A DNA stretch of 64,000 nucleotides, taken from assembly GCA_963700145.1 (NCBI GenBank), contig OY969474.1, positions 1,728,001-1,792,000 on the forward strand, written 5' to 3'. Below, piece by piece: positions 21,501 to 29,915 of this stretch. Each line of letters starts with the position of its first letter. Position 1 is the stretch's first letter. The notes below the pieces were generated by a model, which worked only from the letters and a program-made list of their open reading frames with translations, did not search any database and had not been told where the DNA came from. Both the position numbers and the translations under genes were made by a program. The DNA comes from an uncultured Acidobacteriota bacterium. GTDB taxonomy: Bacteria > Acidobacteriota > Thermoanaerobaculia > Multivoradales > UBA5704.

Positions 21501-21740
21501 GAGCGCCTCGCGGTGCCGGTCCCCGCGCAGATGCGCCGCACGCTGAGCCTGCCGCGCCACCGCCTGGGCCTCCTGGTCGCGGCCCTCGAGGATGAGCTCC
21601 TCGACGCTCGCCAACGGATCGGCGGCCGGCGCCGGGCGACTCGCCACCGCCGGCGCCGCGCTGGACGCCGCCGCGCCCCAAGCCGCGAGGAGCACGGCGT
21701 ACCGGCACGTCCGGACCTGCGCCATTGCGGAGAAGGCCAT
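18507..21740 (-). CDS. TPR-repeat + CHAT (caspase-HetF) domain protease, probably exported
   Basis: Helical TPR-like N-terminus; CHAT motifs LIVVPHGELHYLPFAAL, LLHIAAHG, LVVLSAC, VISTLWDIDD, PRFWAAF. Start set at ATG 21740 (alternative 21725), after the upstream stop at 21752. Confidence 0.9.
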   Translation of the reverse strand: MAFSAMAQVRTCRYAVLLAAWGAAASSAAPAVASRPAPAADPLASVEELILEGRDQEAQAVARQAQRAAHLRGDRHREALSLFLLGAAELGAGDLRAAASDFERSAELFETQGDRFSAWMALWPLGLIERTERRPEQALAHHRQALRLLSEVKASSARFAPQGLEYLGRWFAMPPDLLREFRLRPEAAKPTLLRVAQAMSRKAAVVALLDTGSAEEAELELSRARELSDGLGGMFEEELAIILGDLRRRQWRLDEARGIFRQALGRASAARTWEILAFLIEIEIASGRPEEALPLSERALAVTRGGEPTAEFSALVLRARALSLGGQGAAAADTLREALFFARAAGNLRWQAFVYKQLARLALKAEQPEQAAAHLESAVQLLQTADAPDDEARTWLDLSQVYARFDARASASAALEKARALAQQIGSRLLGGWVELLAAIERFRTDQGSASEVSEALMATLALPEVREIVSREEGQLLLGVFSELAQMTAGNPAAPGKPALPGEKTRLVDLQVLPLFVQGYAHYQRGELAAAREPWLAALAAAPRRDLEVGLLAMIGRSYGREGKDEEAIDHLTRAVAAVEQTVADVRLEEFVAGYLGSDKQTLFADLIDLLVRQGRPADAFDYAERARSRAFLQGLGSPRLEPGYAGSQLAADARNLRAQIQDSEQRLLAAPAGERARLTADLGRARERYQSLLVRLKVTGRGAAPPTHFEPQRLQAVRESLAPGTSLISYFVASQVHAWVLDRETFRHVVLPAGAEDLRNAACWIDELRRQGGGRGARPLDPRCEGEIVRPEALYEKLVAPLRGDLRHRRLIVVPHGELHYLPFAALRDPQTGRSLLEDYTLTYAPSASAVGFLRQLESPVQGRALVLGEPEELDPALRSLPAARREAEIIARLLGTRPLLGAEATEHRLSELSGEVDLLHIAAHGIYDPANPLFSRIVLAPGGGRDGNLEVHEILTDLDLSGVNLVVLSACRSAVGERSRGDEVVGLTRALLDAGSPGVISTLWDIDDEAAAVLMEELYRRLVAGASAAEALREAQLALLRGSLYRDPRFWAAFSLTGDPQGRWHPAEPEERRP

Positions 21741-21751
21741 TCCAGAGGCGA

Positions 21752-22228
21752 TTATGGTTTTGCCTTGGTCACCGTCACCACATCCGACGTGCAGACTACC
21801 TTCGGCATCTCGATCGCCGGCCACTTATCCGTCTGTTCGCCCCGGTCGAAGTAGGTTCGAAGGTCCAAGTGCTCGCTTTGCGCCACCACTGCCGCGACCA
21901 CGTCGAACTGATCGCCGACGTCGACCGGCAGACCGAAGATCACGTCGGTCTCCCAGAAGGCGGTGTCGTGATTTACCCAGCCTTCCTGCTGCGGCCACCA
22001 CAGGTTGCGTGGTCGTCTCGTCTCGTGCCGGGCGAAGACCCAGATGTTGCCGCCCGGCGGTACCTCCGCCCGGACCCGGACCTTCATGCCGCCAGCCACC
22101 TGCTGTCCGGGCTGCGGATCAAGCAGCTCGACTCGACACTCGGCGGCGCCGGCCTGGGCCGCGAGACAGTCGGCCACGGGCATCGGAGCGAGCAGGGAAA
22201 CGAGGATCAGCACGCGTTCGAAGCTCAT
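21752..22228 (-). CDS. Small exported beta-rich hypothetical protein
   Basis: 158-aa ORF, GGAGG RBS, N-terminal hydrophobic signal, packed between the caspase and CHAT genes. Confidence 0.75.
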   Translation of the reverse strand: MSFERVLILVSLLAPMPVADCLAAQAGAAECRVELLDPQPGQQVAGGMKVRVRAEVPPGGNIWVFARHETRRPRNLWWPQQEGWVNHDTAFWETDVIFGLPVDVGDQFDVVAAVVAQSEHLDLRTYFDRGEQTDKWPAIEMPKVVCTSDVVTVTKAKP

Positions 22229-22253
22229 GGTTCACCTCCAGAGACGCCGCACA

Positions 22254-23441
22254 TCATGGTGCGACGAGGGGATCGAGAAGCTCGCTGTAGATCCGCACCG
22301 CCTCCGCCCGGCTGCCGTCCGCGAGCTGGCGTGCTCTTGCGACCAGAGCCTGGTTCAGAGTCGCCAGGATCTCGGGCGCCAAACGCTGGAACACCCGCTG
22401 GTAGAGACGGAAGCTCTGCTCGAGGTTTTGGATGCCGCCGACGGCGCGCAGGCGCATGGCCTCTTCGATCACCGGCAGTGCGTCGGGAGGGACGGTCGGC
22501 GACGGCGGCGATTGCCTGAAGCCGCAGGAGGGGATGACAAAGTCGGCCGATCCTCCACCCATTCGCAGCTCCGGGTTCTGGAGGCCGGCGCTCTGCTTCC
22601 TGACCCGGGCAGTGACGAAAGAAGTCAGCTCGCGGAAGCTCCTCTGCCCGCGCCCCAACCTGTCGCAGCGGAGACCTTCCACAAGCGCCGCGGTGAACCA
22701 TCCGTTCCGGTCGCTCGTCCCGGCAACCTCCCCCTCGCTGGCGGCGGAAAAGACGATGTAGCCGGCGGGTTTCGCCAGAGCCTCGATACGCTCGTGGCGC
22801 ATGACCGAACGGGAGTCGGCCTCCCGGGGAGTCCCGGTTCCGCGGGTCCGGAAGAGCTGATCCCTGCAGGCGTCAACGAATAGCAGTCGGAGAGCGCCCT
22901 CCGAAACCTGCATGGCCTCGAGGAGCCTCTGAGCCGTAACACCGGTGCCGTAGCGGACGAGACCGTCCTCGGGGATCAGTAGATGGACGTTGCCGTCGGA
23001 GTAGCCGTGTGTCGCGGCAAACAGAAGGAGGATGCCTCCTTCTCCCACCAGCCGACTCTGCTCCTCGACAAGCATGTAGATATCGGCAAGACGCGCCGTC
23101 TGGCGTTTGGCGCCTGCGGTGAGCAGCACCTGGAGACGGTCGTGCGAGGGACCGCGCGGCTCGCCTGACAGGAGGAGAAGCACCCGATTGGCCGGCAGGA
23201 GCCCCCGCTCGATCGACAGCGCGTACGCCAAGTCGACGGCATCGTTGGCGGCGAAGACAACGTCGGTCAATCGGAGGTCGTGAGAGAACTCTTCGACGCC
23301 GATAAACACTCCCGCTGACCGCTCCGGCAGTAGACGGTCGGCCGCTGCGGCAAAGGTTGCGGCACCGCCGGTGGCGGCGAGCGCCGGCACGAGACAGGCC
23401 TGAATGATCCAGCCGACCCGACCTCGCGCTCTGATCGTCAT
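22254..23441 (-). CDS. Caspase-family (peptidase C14-like) protein with signal peptide
   Basis: AGVFIGVEEF, FAANDAVDL, His motif FAATHGY, Cys motif LLFVDACRD, NGWFTAALVEGL, QNP; GGAGG RBS. Confidence 0.88.
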   Translation of the reverse strand: MTIRARGRVGWIIQACLVPALAATGGAATFAAAADRLLPERSAGVFIGVEEFSHDLRLTDVVFAANDAVDLAYALSIERGLLPANRVLLLLSGEPRGPSHDRLQVLLTAGAKRQTARLADIYMLVEEQSRLVGEGGILLLFAATHGYSDGNVHLLIPEDGLVRYGTGVTAQRLLEAMQVSEGALRLLFVDACRDQLFRTRGTGTPREADSRSVMRHERIEALAKPAGYIVFSAASEGEVAGTSDRNGWFTAALVEGLRCDRLGRGQRSFRELTSFVTARVRKQSAGLQNPELRMGGGSADFVIPSCGFRQSPPSPTVPPDALPVIEEAMRLRAVGGIQNLEQSFRLYQRVFQRLAPEILATLNQALVARARQLADGSRAEAVRIYSELLDPLVAP

Positions 23442-23643
23442 CGCAGCCGGCCTCCAGGTGCCCGGGCGTGCGCCGGGCCGCCCTCCCTCGTTCCGAAAGA
23501 GACACGACGATCGACTAAGTGTGGGGCTCGAGGACCAACATGCCGGTCCGCCCCACGGCCGCCTGGAACAGCAGCGGGGGTGCGGGAGACCCTTCCCGTC
23601 TCGGCTTGCCCTCCGGCCGCCCCGGGCCTACACTTTCCCGCCT

Positions 23644-24084
23644 ATGCGCGAGGTCGACGAGCGGGCGTTGTGGCAGGTGCTGCGGGAGGCGGTGCGGCTC
23701 ACCGGACGGTCCCACCGCGACCTCGAGGACGAGCTGCGCATCGGCCACGGCAACATCCAGAAGCTGCTCGATGGCCGCATGCGGCTGACGGTCCGACACC
23801 TGATGGCGTTCGCGGCGCTGCTCGACGTGCCGGCGCCGGAGTTTCTGGCGGTGGCGTTCCCGGAGCAGGCGGCGTCGGCCCGGCGGCATCTGCCGGACCT
23901 CCTGGCGTCCGCGCTCGGAGGCGACGCGCGGCGGGCGGCGTTGGCGGCGCTGCCGGCGAGCCGCGAGGAGCTGGCGGAGATCGTGCGCGCCACGGTGAGC
24001 GCGGAGCTCGACCGGCGGGCGCCCGCTCCGTCGCCCGGCAGCCGCCCGCGGCGTCCGCGGCGCGGGCTGCGGCCCGTCACGTAG
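23644..24084 (+). CDS. XRE-like helix-turn-helix transcriptional regulator
   Basis: LREAVRLTGRSHRDLEDELRIGHGNIQKLLDGRMRLTVRHL; ATG at 23644 inside ORF 23404..24084. Confidence 0.75.
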   Translation: MREVDERALWQVLREAVRLTGRSHRDLEDELRIGHGNIQKLLDGRMRLTVRHLMAFAALLDVPAPEFLAVAFPEQAASARRHLPDLLASALGGDARRAALAALPASREELAEIVRATVSAELDRRAPAPSPGSRPRRPRRGLRPVT

Positions 24085-24097
24085 CCGCTTCTGCCCG

Positions 24098-24307
24098 CGA
24101 CGTACTGGGTCCCGACCTCGACGTACTGGGAGCGCGCCCCGAGCTACTGGGTTCCGGCCTCGACGTACTGGGTTCGCGCCTCGATCTACTGGCTTCGCGC
24201 CGCGACGTACTGGCTTCGCGCGGCGACCCAGCCCAATCCGTCCTCGATCTACTGGGTTCCGACCTCGACGTACTGGGATTCGTCCTCGACGTACTGGCTT
24301 CGGCCCT
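24098..24307. repeat. 21-bp tandem repeat, 10 units, conserved core CGACGTACTGG
   Basis: Units start every 21 nt from 24098 to 24287; unit 7 is degenerate. Confidence 0.9.
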
Positions 24308-24819
24308 CAGTACTGGATCAGCGACGCCACTTCGTACCCTTCGAGCTTCGCGCGCGGGTTCAGGAACGTCAATTCGATGACGAAGCCCATGCCTTCGACC
24401 GTTCCGCCCACCGCTTCGACCAACCGCGCCGCGGCGAGCGCCGTGCCGCCGGTGGCGACCAGGTCGTCGACGATGAGGACGCGCTCGCCGGGCGCGACGG
24501 CGTCCTTGTGCATCTCCAGCGAGTCGGTGCCGTACTCCAGCTCGTAGGTCTCGCGGATCGTCTCGGCGGGGAGCTTCCCGGGCTTGCGGATCGGCACGAA
24601 GCCGGCGTTCAGGTTGTAGGCCACGATCGGCCCGAACATGAAGCCGCGCGACTCCATGCCCACCACCTTGTCCACCCGCTTCTCGAACTGCCAGACGAAG
24701 CGGTCGACGGTCATGCGCAGCGCCCGCGGGTCCTTGAGCAGGGTGGTGATGTCGTAGAAGAGGATGCCCGGCTTCGGGAAGTCGGGCACCTCGCGGATGT
24801 ACTGCTTGAGGTCGTCCAT
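24307..24819 (-). CDS. apt: Adenine phosphoribosyltransferase
   Basis: [34 protein letters not shown] motif [13 protein letters not shown]. Confidence 0.97.
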   Translation of the reverse strand: MDDLKQYIREVPDFPKPGILFYDITTLLKDPRALRMTVDRFVWQFEKRVDKVVGMESRGFMFGPIVAYNLNAGFVPIRKPGKLPAETIRETYELEYGTDSLEMHKDAVAPGERVLIVDDLVATGGTALAAARLVEAVGGTVEGMGFVIELTFLNPRAKLEGYEVASLIQY

Positions 24820-24832
24820 CGGTCAGATCTCC

Positions 24833-25102
24833 CTATCGCACGATGTCAAAGCGTTCGCGCGGCGCGGCGTCCGGCGCCTCCTGCGCCTCGACCGCCGCGA
24901 CGGCCGCGCCCCGCGGCCCTTCGCGCAGCCGCCCCTCGAAGGCGTCGAGCGCCTCCGGCGCCCCCGACGCCTCGGCCTCCACCCGCCCGTCGGCCAGGTT
25001 GCGCACCCAGCCGGTCAACCCCAGCTCCCGCGCCGTGTTGCGCACGAACCAGCGGAAGCCGACCCCCTGCACGTGGCCGGAGGCGACGAAGCGGCGCGTC
25101 AC
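24833..25102 (-). CDS. acyP: Acylphosphatase
   Basis: GHVQGVGFR and [12 protein letters not shown] signatures; GTG start overlapping the pcm stop (GTGA). Confidence 0.93.
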   Translation of the reverse strand: MTRRFVASGHVQGVGFRWFVRNTARELGLTGWVRNLADGRVEAEASGAPEALDAFEGRLREGPRGAAVAAVEAQEAPDAAPRERFDIVR

Positions 25103-25761
25103 CCCTCCCCCTTCCAGCCGTGGCGTCCGAGCAGCGGCACGAAGGCCACGTCCTCCCACTCCTTCCGCCGCACCCCTTTCGCCGACTTCTTGTAAAGCAC
25201 CAGCCGCTGCAGCGCCAGCGTCCCTTCCGGCACCAGCAGCAGCCCCCCGGGGGCGAGCTGGTCGAGCAGCGGCTCGGGCACCTTCGGCGCGCCGGCGGTG
25301 ACCAGGATGCGGTCGAACGGCGCCACCTCGCTCCAGCCGACGGTGCCGTCGAAGACCTGGATCTTGACGTTGGCGATCCCCAGCTCGCGCATGCGCTGGA
25401 TCGCCTGGTGCGCCAGCTCCGGCACCCGCTCGAGGCTGTAGACCCGGCGCGCCAGCTGCGCCAGGACTGCCGTCTGGTAGCCCGAGCCGGTGCCGATCTC
25501 GAGCACCGAGCACTGGGGCCCGACCTCCAGCAGCTCGGTCATCCGCGCCACCACCCAGGGCTGCGAGATCGTCTGCCCGCCGCCGATCGGCAGCGGGTGG
25601 TCGCCGTAGGCGCGGCTGCGCAGGTGCTCCTTGACGAAGAGGTGGCGCTGCACCTTGCGCATCGCCGCCAGCACCCGCGGGTCCTGGATGCCACGCGACG
25701 CCAAGAGCTCCACCATCCGCTCGCGCTGGACGGCGACGTCGAGGGCGGGGTGGGCCACCAC
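25099..25761 (-). CDS. pcm: Protein-L-isoaspartate O-methyltransferase
   Basis: [31 protein letters not shown]; directly follows surE. Confidence 0.96.
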   Translation of the reverse strand: MVAHPALDVAVQRERMVELLASRGIQDPRVLAAMRKVQRHLFVKEHLRSRAYGDHPLPIGGGQTISQPWVVARMTELLEVGPQCSVLEIGTGSGYQTAVLAQLARRVYSLERVPELAHQAIQRMRELGIANVKIQVFDGTVGWSEVAPFDRILVTAGAPKVPEPLLDQLAPGGLLLVPEGTLALQRLVLYKKSAKGVRRKEWEDVAFVPLLGRHGWKGEG

Positions 25762-25767
25762 GAGGGT

Positions 25768-26541
25768 CTAGCCGGCGCGCTGCGGCAGGAGCGCCTCGAG
25801 CTTCTCGCGCAACGCCGCGAGGGTCTCGAGACCGGGGTAGTAGGTCAGGTCGAGGTGCAGCGGGGTCACCGAGATGCGGCCTTCCGACAGCGCCTCGAAG
25901 TCGGTGCCGGCGGCCGCCTCCCACTCCGGCGTGCCGGCGATCCAGTAGTACTTGCGGCCGCGCGGGTCGAGCTTCTCGACGATCGACTGCTTGTAGACCC
26001 GCCGCCCCAGCTTGGTGAAGGAGACCCCCTGCACCTCGCCGGCCGGGACGTTGACGTTGAGCAGCAGGTCCTTCGGAGTTTCCTCAGCGAGCAGGGTCTC
26101 GACCAGGGTGAGCGCGAAGCGCGCCGCCGGCTCCCAGTTGAACCCCTGCGCCACCTCCTGGCTGAAGGCGACGGAGGGGATGCCGAGGAGCGTCCCCTCG
26201 AAGGTCGCCGAGACGGTGCCCGAGTAGGTGACGTCGTCGCCGAGGTTGGTGCCGAAGTTGATGCCGGAGCAGACGAGGTCGGGCGGGTCGTCCTTCATCA
26301 GCCAGAGGACGGCCAGGTTGACGCAGTCGGTCGGCGTGCCGTCCACCGCGTACCAGTTCGTCTCCATCTGCTGCAGGCGCAGCGGCCGCGACAGGGTCAG
26401 CGCGTGCCCCGAGGCGCTCTGCTCGCGGTCCGGCGCCACGACGACCACCTCCGCCACCGCGGCGAGGGTCTTCGCCAGCAGCTTGATCCCCTCGGAGAAG
26501 ACGCCGTCGTCGTTGGTGACGAGGATGCGCTGGCGCTTCAG
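25768..26541 (-). CDS. surE: 5'/3'-nucleotidase SurE
   Basis: [33 protein letters not shown]; apparent CTG start overlapping the mtnP stop. Confidence 0.93.
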   Translation of the reverse strand: MKRQRILVTNDDGVFSEGIKLLAKTLAAVAEVVVVAPDREQSASGHALTLSRPLRLQQMETNWYAVDGTPTDCVNLAVLWLMKDDPPDLVCSGINFGTNLGDDVTYSGTVSATFEGTLLGIPSVAFSQEVAQGFNWEPAARFALTLVETLLAEETPKDLLLNVNVPAGEVQGVSFTKLGRRVYKQSIVEKLDPRGRKYYWIAGTPEWEAAAGTDFEALSEGRISVTPLHLDLTYYPGLETLAALREKLEALLPQRAG

Positions 26542-27413
26542 GCGGCGCCCCCGGGGATGTACTTGCCGACGATCGGCTGGAGCGCCTTCAGGGTCTCCGC
26601 CGGGATCAGCTCGCGCTCGGTGATCAGGGCGTGCGCGAGCGCGGTCTCGCAGAGGCAGCCGCGGCCGCCGGTCATCCGGCGCAGGATCTGCCGCACCACC
26701 TCCTGCGACATGACGACGTTCTGGCGGATGACCTCCATCACCGCCATGCCCGACACCACCTCCTCGGTCTCGTGCCAGCAGTCGTAGTCGGTGACCATCG
26801 CCAGCGTGACGTAGCAGATCTCGGCCTCGCGCGCGAGCTTGGCTTCCTGGAGGTTGGTCATGCCGATGACGTCGATCCCCCAGGAGCGGTAGATCTCGGA
26901 CTCGGCGCGGGTCGAAAACAGCGGCCCCTCCATGCAGAGGTAGACGCCGCCGCGGTGGACGCGGGCGCCGGCGGCGCGGGCGGCCTCGGCGGCGATCTCC
27001 AGCAGGCGCGGGCAGATCGGCTTGGCGAAGGAGACGTGCCCCACCAGGCCGTTGCCGAAGAAGGTGTCGGGGCGGTGGCGGGTGCGGTCGTAGAACTGGT
27101 CGGGGACGACGATGTCGGTCGGCCGGTAGTCGAGCTTCATCGAGCCGACGGCCGAGACCGAGACGAGCTGCTCGACGCCCAGGACCTTGAAGCCGTAGAT
27201 GTTGGCGCGGTAGTTGAGCTCGGCCGGGAGCAGCCGGTGCCCCTTGCCGTGGCGCGGCAGGAAGACCACCGGCGTCCCCTCCAGCTCGCCGAGCACGTAG
27301 GCGTCCGAGGGCTCGCCGAACGGGGTCTCCAGCCGGCGCTCCTCGTGCACCGTGAGCCCCTCCATGGCGTACAAGCCGCTTCCCCCGAGCACGCCGATCT
27401 TGTAGTCGGTCAT
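26538..27413 (-). CDS. mtnP: S-methyl-5'-thioadenosine phosphorylase
   Basis: IGVLGGSGLY, FLPRHGKGH, EGPLFSTRAES, IGMT, VTDYDCW. Confidence 0.94.
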   Translation of the reverse strand: MTDYKIGVLGGSGLYAMEGLTVHEERRLETPFGEPSDAYVLGELEGTPVVFLPRHGKGHRLLPAELNYRANIYGFKVLGVEQLVSVSAVGSMKLDYRPTDIVVPDQFYDRTRHRPDTFFGNGLVGHVSFAKPICPRLLEIAAEAARAAGARVHRGGVYLCMEGPLFSTRAESEIYRSWGIDVIGMTNLQEAKLAREAEICYVTLAMVTDYDCWHETEEVVSGMAVMEVIRQNVVMSQEVVRQILRRMTGGRGCLCETALAHALITERELIPAETLKALQPIVGKYIPGGAA

Positions 27414-27472
27414 TCGACTCTCCCTCGAACCAGAATCCAAAACGGCGGGGAAGTGTAGCAGCAGGTTCGCCC

Positions 27473-27558
27473 GTCATTCTGAGCGCAGCGAAGAATCTGG
27501 GCGGGGGCGCCGGCCGAACCTTCCCTGCCCCCAGATCCTTCGCTTCGCTCAGGATGAC
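27473..27558. repeat. Intergenic palindromic (REP-like) element, copy 1
   Basis: GTCATTCTGAGCGCAGCGAAGAATCTGGG ... CCCAGATCCTTCGCTTCGCTCAGGATGAC inverted arms. Confidence 0.85.
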
Positions 27559-27570
27559 CTGCTGCGCAGG

Positions 27571-28494
27571 TCACCCGATCGCCTCCACCACCGCCAGCGC
27601 CGTCGCCAATGCCTGCCGCCCTTGGGCGCCGCCGACCAGGGGCGCGGGCTCGCCGCGGCAGGCGGCGACGAAGGCTTCCAGCTCGCGGCGCAGGGGCTCG
27701 GCGCGCTCGACCGGGAGGTCGTCGGGGAGGATGGTGCGCCGCCCGTCCTCTTCGGCCAGCCGGTAGCCCTTGATCTCCTGCGCCTGGTAGTCGAGCGAGT
27801 AGTAGCGCGCCGGCAGGAAGGCGCGGAGCTTGCGCACCCGCTCGGCCGAGACGCGCGAGGCGGTGACGTTGGCGACGCAGCCCGACTCCAGCGCCACCCG
27901 CGCGTTGGCGATGTCGATGCGCGGCGAGAGCACGGCGATGCCGGTCGCCCGCACCTCGGCCACCGGGCTGGGGTCGAGGGCGTGCAGCACCTGGAGGTCG
28001 TGGATCATGAGGTCGAGGACGACGTCCACGTCGAGGCTGCGCGGGGTGAAGGCCGCCAGCCGCTCGGCCTCGACGAAGCGCGGCGGGGCGCCGACGCCCA
28101 AGAGAGCCTGCACCGCCGGGTTGTAGAACTCGACGTGGCCGACCGCCAGCACGCGCCCCGCCGCCTCCGCCGCCGCGAGCAGGCGGTCGGCCTCGGCGAG
28201 CGAGACGGCGAGCGGCTTTTCGACCAGGAGGTGGAGGCCGGCCTCGAGCAGCGGGCAGCCGAGGCTGGCGTGCTCGATGGTGGGGACGGCGAGGACGATC
28301 GCCTCGCAGGCGGCGGCCAGGCCGTCGAGGTCGGGGAAGATGCGCGCGCCGTGCTCGCCGGCCACCGCCGCCGCGGCCTCCGGGCGCCGGTCGTAGACCC
28401 CCACCAGCTCCGCCCCCGGCAGCGCCGACAGCAGGCGCACGTGGTGGCGCCCCATGCCGCCGGTGCCGACGACGCCGACTCTTAGAGGGTCCAT
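27571..28494 (-). CDS. Gfo/Idh/MocA-family NAD-dependent oxidoreductase (possible GnnA)
   Basis: VGVVGTGGMG, LVEKPLA, VGHVEFYNP, DLMIHD; immediately downstream of lpxA. Confidence 0.9.
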   Translation of the reverse strand: MDPLRVGVVGTGGMGRHHVRLLSALPGAELVGVYDRRPEAAAAVAGEHGARIFPDLDGLAAACEAIVLAVPTIEHASLGCPLLEAGLHLLVEKPLAVSLAEADRLLAAAEAAGRVLAVGHVEFYNPAVQALLGVGAPPRFVEAERLAAFTPRSLDVDVVLDLMIHDLQVLHALDPSPVAEVRATGIAVLSPRIDIANARVALESGCVANVTASRVSAERVRKLRAFLPARYYSLDYQAQEIKGYRLAEEDGRRTILPDDLPVERAEPLRRELEAFVAACRGEPAPLVGGAQGRQALATALAVVEAIG

Positions 28495-28502
28495 GTACGC
28501 TC

Positions 28503-28597
28503 TGTCATTCCGAGCGCAGCGAGGAATCTGGGGGCAGGGAGGGTCCGGTCAAGCGCACTTCTCCCCGCCCAGATCCCTCGCTCCGCTCGGGATGACA
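28503..28597. repeat. Intergenic palindromic (REP-like) element, copy 2
   Basis: TGTCATTCCGAGCGCAGCGAGGAATCTGGG ... CCCAGATCCCTCGCTCCGCTCGGGATGACA; same family as 27473-27558. Confidence 0.85.
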
Positions 28598-28608
28598 ATG
28601 GGTGGGCG

Positions 28609-29436
28609 TCATCTCTCGCCTTTCCTTCCCGGCAGGCTCTTGTAGACGCCGCGCTTGGCGCTCTCCACGAACTCGACCAGGTAGTCGATCTCGGCGTGGC
28701 CGCCCAGCTCCTCGCGGATGCGCGCCAGGGCCTGGCTGGTGTTGAGCTTGGAGCGGGTCAGCAGGTCGAGCGCGCGCTCGACCCGCGCCACCTGCTCCTC
28801 GCTCATCCCCTTGCGCTGCATGCCGATCGGGTTGGCGCCGTAGACCGCGGGCTTGGCGCCCACCGTCTTGCTGTAGGGCAGGACGTCCATCACCACCACC
28901 GAGTAGCCGCCGACGTAGGCGTGGCGGCCGACGCGGCAGAACTGGTGGACCGAGGTAAAGGCCGAGATCGTGGCGTCGTCGTGCACCTCGACGTGGCCGG
29001 CCAGGGTCGCGGCGTTGGCGAAGATCGTGCGGTCGCCGACGTGGCAGTCGTGCGCCACGTGGGTGTAGGCCATGAAGAGGTTGTCGCTGCCGATCGTGGT
29101 GAGGCCGCCGCCTTTGACCGTGCCGCGGTGGACGGTGCAGAGCTCGCGGAGCTGGTTGCGGTCGCCGATCTCGAGGCGGGTCGGCTCGCCGCCGTACTTC
29201 AAGTCCTGGGGCGGAAAGCCGATGCAGGCGTAAGGGAAGACCTTGTTGTCGCGCCCGAGGCGCGTCGGGCCCTGCACCTGCGCGCCGGCGCCGATCTCGG
29301 TCCCCTCGCCGATCTCGACGTCCGCGCCGACGACGGCGAACGGGCCGACCGTCACGCCGGGCGCGAGCCGCGCGGCGGGGTCCACCTGCGCCGCCGGATG
29401 GACGCCGGCGGCGAGCGCGGTGCCCGTCCCGCTCAA
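28609..29436 (-). CDS. lpxA: Acyl-ACP--UDP-N-acetylglucosamine O-acyltransferase
   Basis: Hexapeptide repeats, PQDLKY, HVAHDC, LAGHV, VHQFCRVG; TTG start overlapping the fabZ stop. Confidence 0.95.
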   Translation of the reverse strand: MSGTGTALAAGVHPAAQVDPAARLAPGVTVGPFAVVGADVEIGEGTEIGAGAQVQGPTRLGRDNKVFPYACIGFPPQDLKYGGEPTRLEIGDRNQLRELCTVHRGTVKGGGLTTIGSDNLFMAYTHVAHDCHVGDRTIFANAATLAGHVEVHDDATISAFTSVHQFCRVGRHAYVGGYSVVVMDVLPYSKTVGAKPAVYGANPIGMQRKGMSEEQVARVERALDLLTRSKLNTSQALARIREELGGHAEIDYLVEFVESAKRGVYKSLPGRKGER

Positions 29437-29915
29437 CGATCCACCATCGCCGAGCTGCAGATCGCCTCGGCCGCGAGCTGGCCGTCCACCAGCGCCTTGC
29501 CGGAGAGGCGGCAGTAGGTGGCGCGCAGGCGCAGCACCTCGATCTCGTAGCGCACCTGGTCGCCGGGCACGACGGGGCGGCGGAACTTGGCGCTCTCGAT
29601 CGCGGCGAAGAAGAGGAGCTTGCGCTCGCGCTCGGGCACGTCGTGGAGGAGGAGGAGGCCGCCGGCCTGCGCCATCCCCTCGACCAGCAGCACACCGGGC
29701 ATCACCGCCTTGCCCGGGAAGTGGCCGAGGAAGAAGGGCTCGTTGGCGGTGACGTTCTTGAGCGCCACGATCCGCTTGCCCGGCTCCATCTCCAGCACCC
29801 GGTCGACGAGCAGGAAGGGGTAGCGGTGCGGCAGGATCGACTGGATCCACTCGACGTCCCAGCTCGGGGCCGCCGGAGCACCGCGCTCAGCCGCGCTCGG
29901 CATCGACTCGCTCAC
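29433..29915 (-). CDS. fabZ: 3-hydroxyacyl-ACP dehydratase
   Basis: [35 protein letters not shown]. Confidence 0.96.
   Translation of the reverse strand: MSESMPSAAERGAPAAPSWDVEWIQSILPHRYPFLLVDRVLEMEPGKRIVALKNVTANEPFFLGHFPGKAVMPGVLLVEGMAQAGGLLLLHDVPERERKLLFFAAIESAKFRRPVVPGDQVRYEIEVLRLRATYCRLSGKALVDGQLAAEAICSSAMVDR

Noticed and set aside
24098-24307. 21-bp array as a CRISPR
   Set aside because: Period far too short, the variable parts are only 10 nt and resemble each other, and there are no cas genes in the window.
24833-29850. Apparent long N-terminal extensions or fusions on acyP, surE and lpxA
   Set aside because: They overlap upstream genes in another frame; the real starts overlap the upstream stop codons.
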